37,350 nucleotides of DNA from Thermotogota bacterium (lineage in GTDB: Bacteria; Thermotogota; Thermotogae; Petrotogales; Kosmotogaceae), in NCBI GenBank assembly GCA_034660555.1, contig JAYEJL010000158.1, forward strand, positions 1 through 37,350, in the 5' to 3' direction. Numbering within the stretch: position 1 is the first letter of the stretch; each line of letters begins with the position of its first letter. The notes beneath the pieces were generated by a model. The model was not told the origin of the DNA. It saw only the letters and a program-made list of their open reading frames with translations, and searched no databases. The translations under genes were made by a program, and so were the position numbers. Shown here piece after piece: positions 37,206 through 37,350 of the stretch.

Positions 37206-37217
37206 AATATTTCCCCC

Positions 37218-37350
37218 TTACCAATCCATTGAAAATGCTATCGATTGCCCGTCAAAATCAGTCAATATTACTTCATCTTTATTAAATTTCATATCTTTAA
37301 TTTTGCCAAGTCCTTCAATTTCTTTATATAGTAATTCTTCTGCTTTTCTT
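37218..37350 (-). CDS. 3' end of an unidentified CDS (5' part outside the window)
   Basis: Open frame RKAEELLYKEIEGLGKIKDMKFNKDEVILTDFDGQSIAFSMDW*, ending at TAA 37218-37220, directly before the SD (AAGGGGG) of the 1248-aa gene. Confidence 0.7.
   Translation of the reverse strand, partial: RKAEELLYKEIEGLGKIKDMKFNKDEVILTDFDGQSIAFSMDW

Overview
AT-rich, gene-dense bacterial chromosome segment made mostly of housekeeping genes. The gene orders ffh-rpsP-khpA-rimM-trmD-(Tm1570-like SPOUT)-rplS-lepB and sufCBDSU, the long RecJ and the GH57 amylopullulanase suggest Thermotogota; this is inference from gene content. The window holds about 35 CDS, two tRNAs (Ser-TGA on -, Arg-CCG on +), several clear sigma70-type promoters and intrinsic terminators. 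I found no CRISPR array, integrase, transposase or prophage gene. Best candidates for undescribed biology: (1) three related exported proteins share an N-terminal module, with a VWA insert that is intact, degenerate or absent, plus YfaP-like, CBM9-like and Ig-like modules; (2) the RuvX/YqgF stop codon lies inside tRNA-Arg and is created by a non-canonical U21; (3) RecJ is fused to an apparently inactivated SF2/RecQ-like helicase; (4) the ffh leader has two alternative hairpins and a hydrophobic overlapping uORF; (5) a zincin-DUF5693-PEGA envelope gene trio. All family assignments come from motif recognition by eye; no database searches were run.
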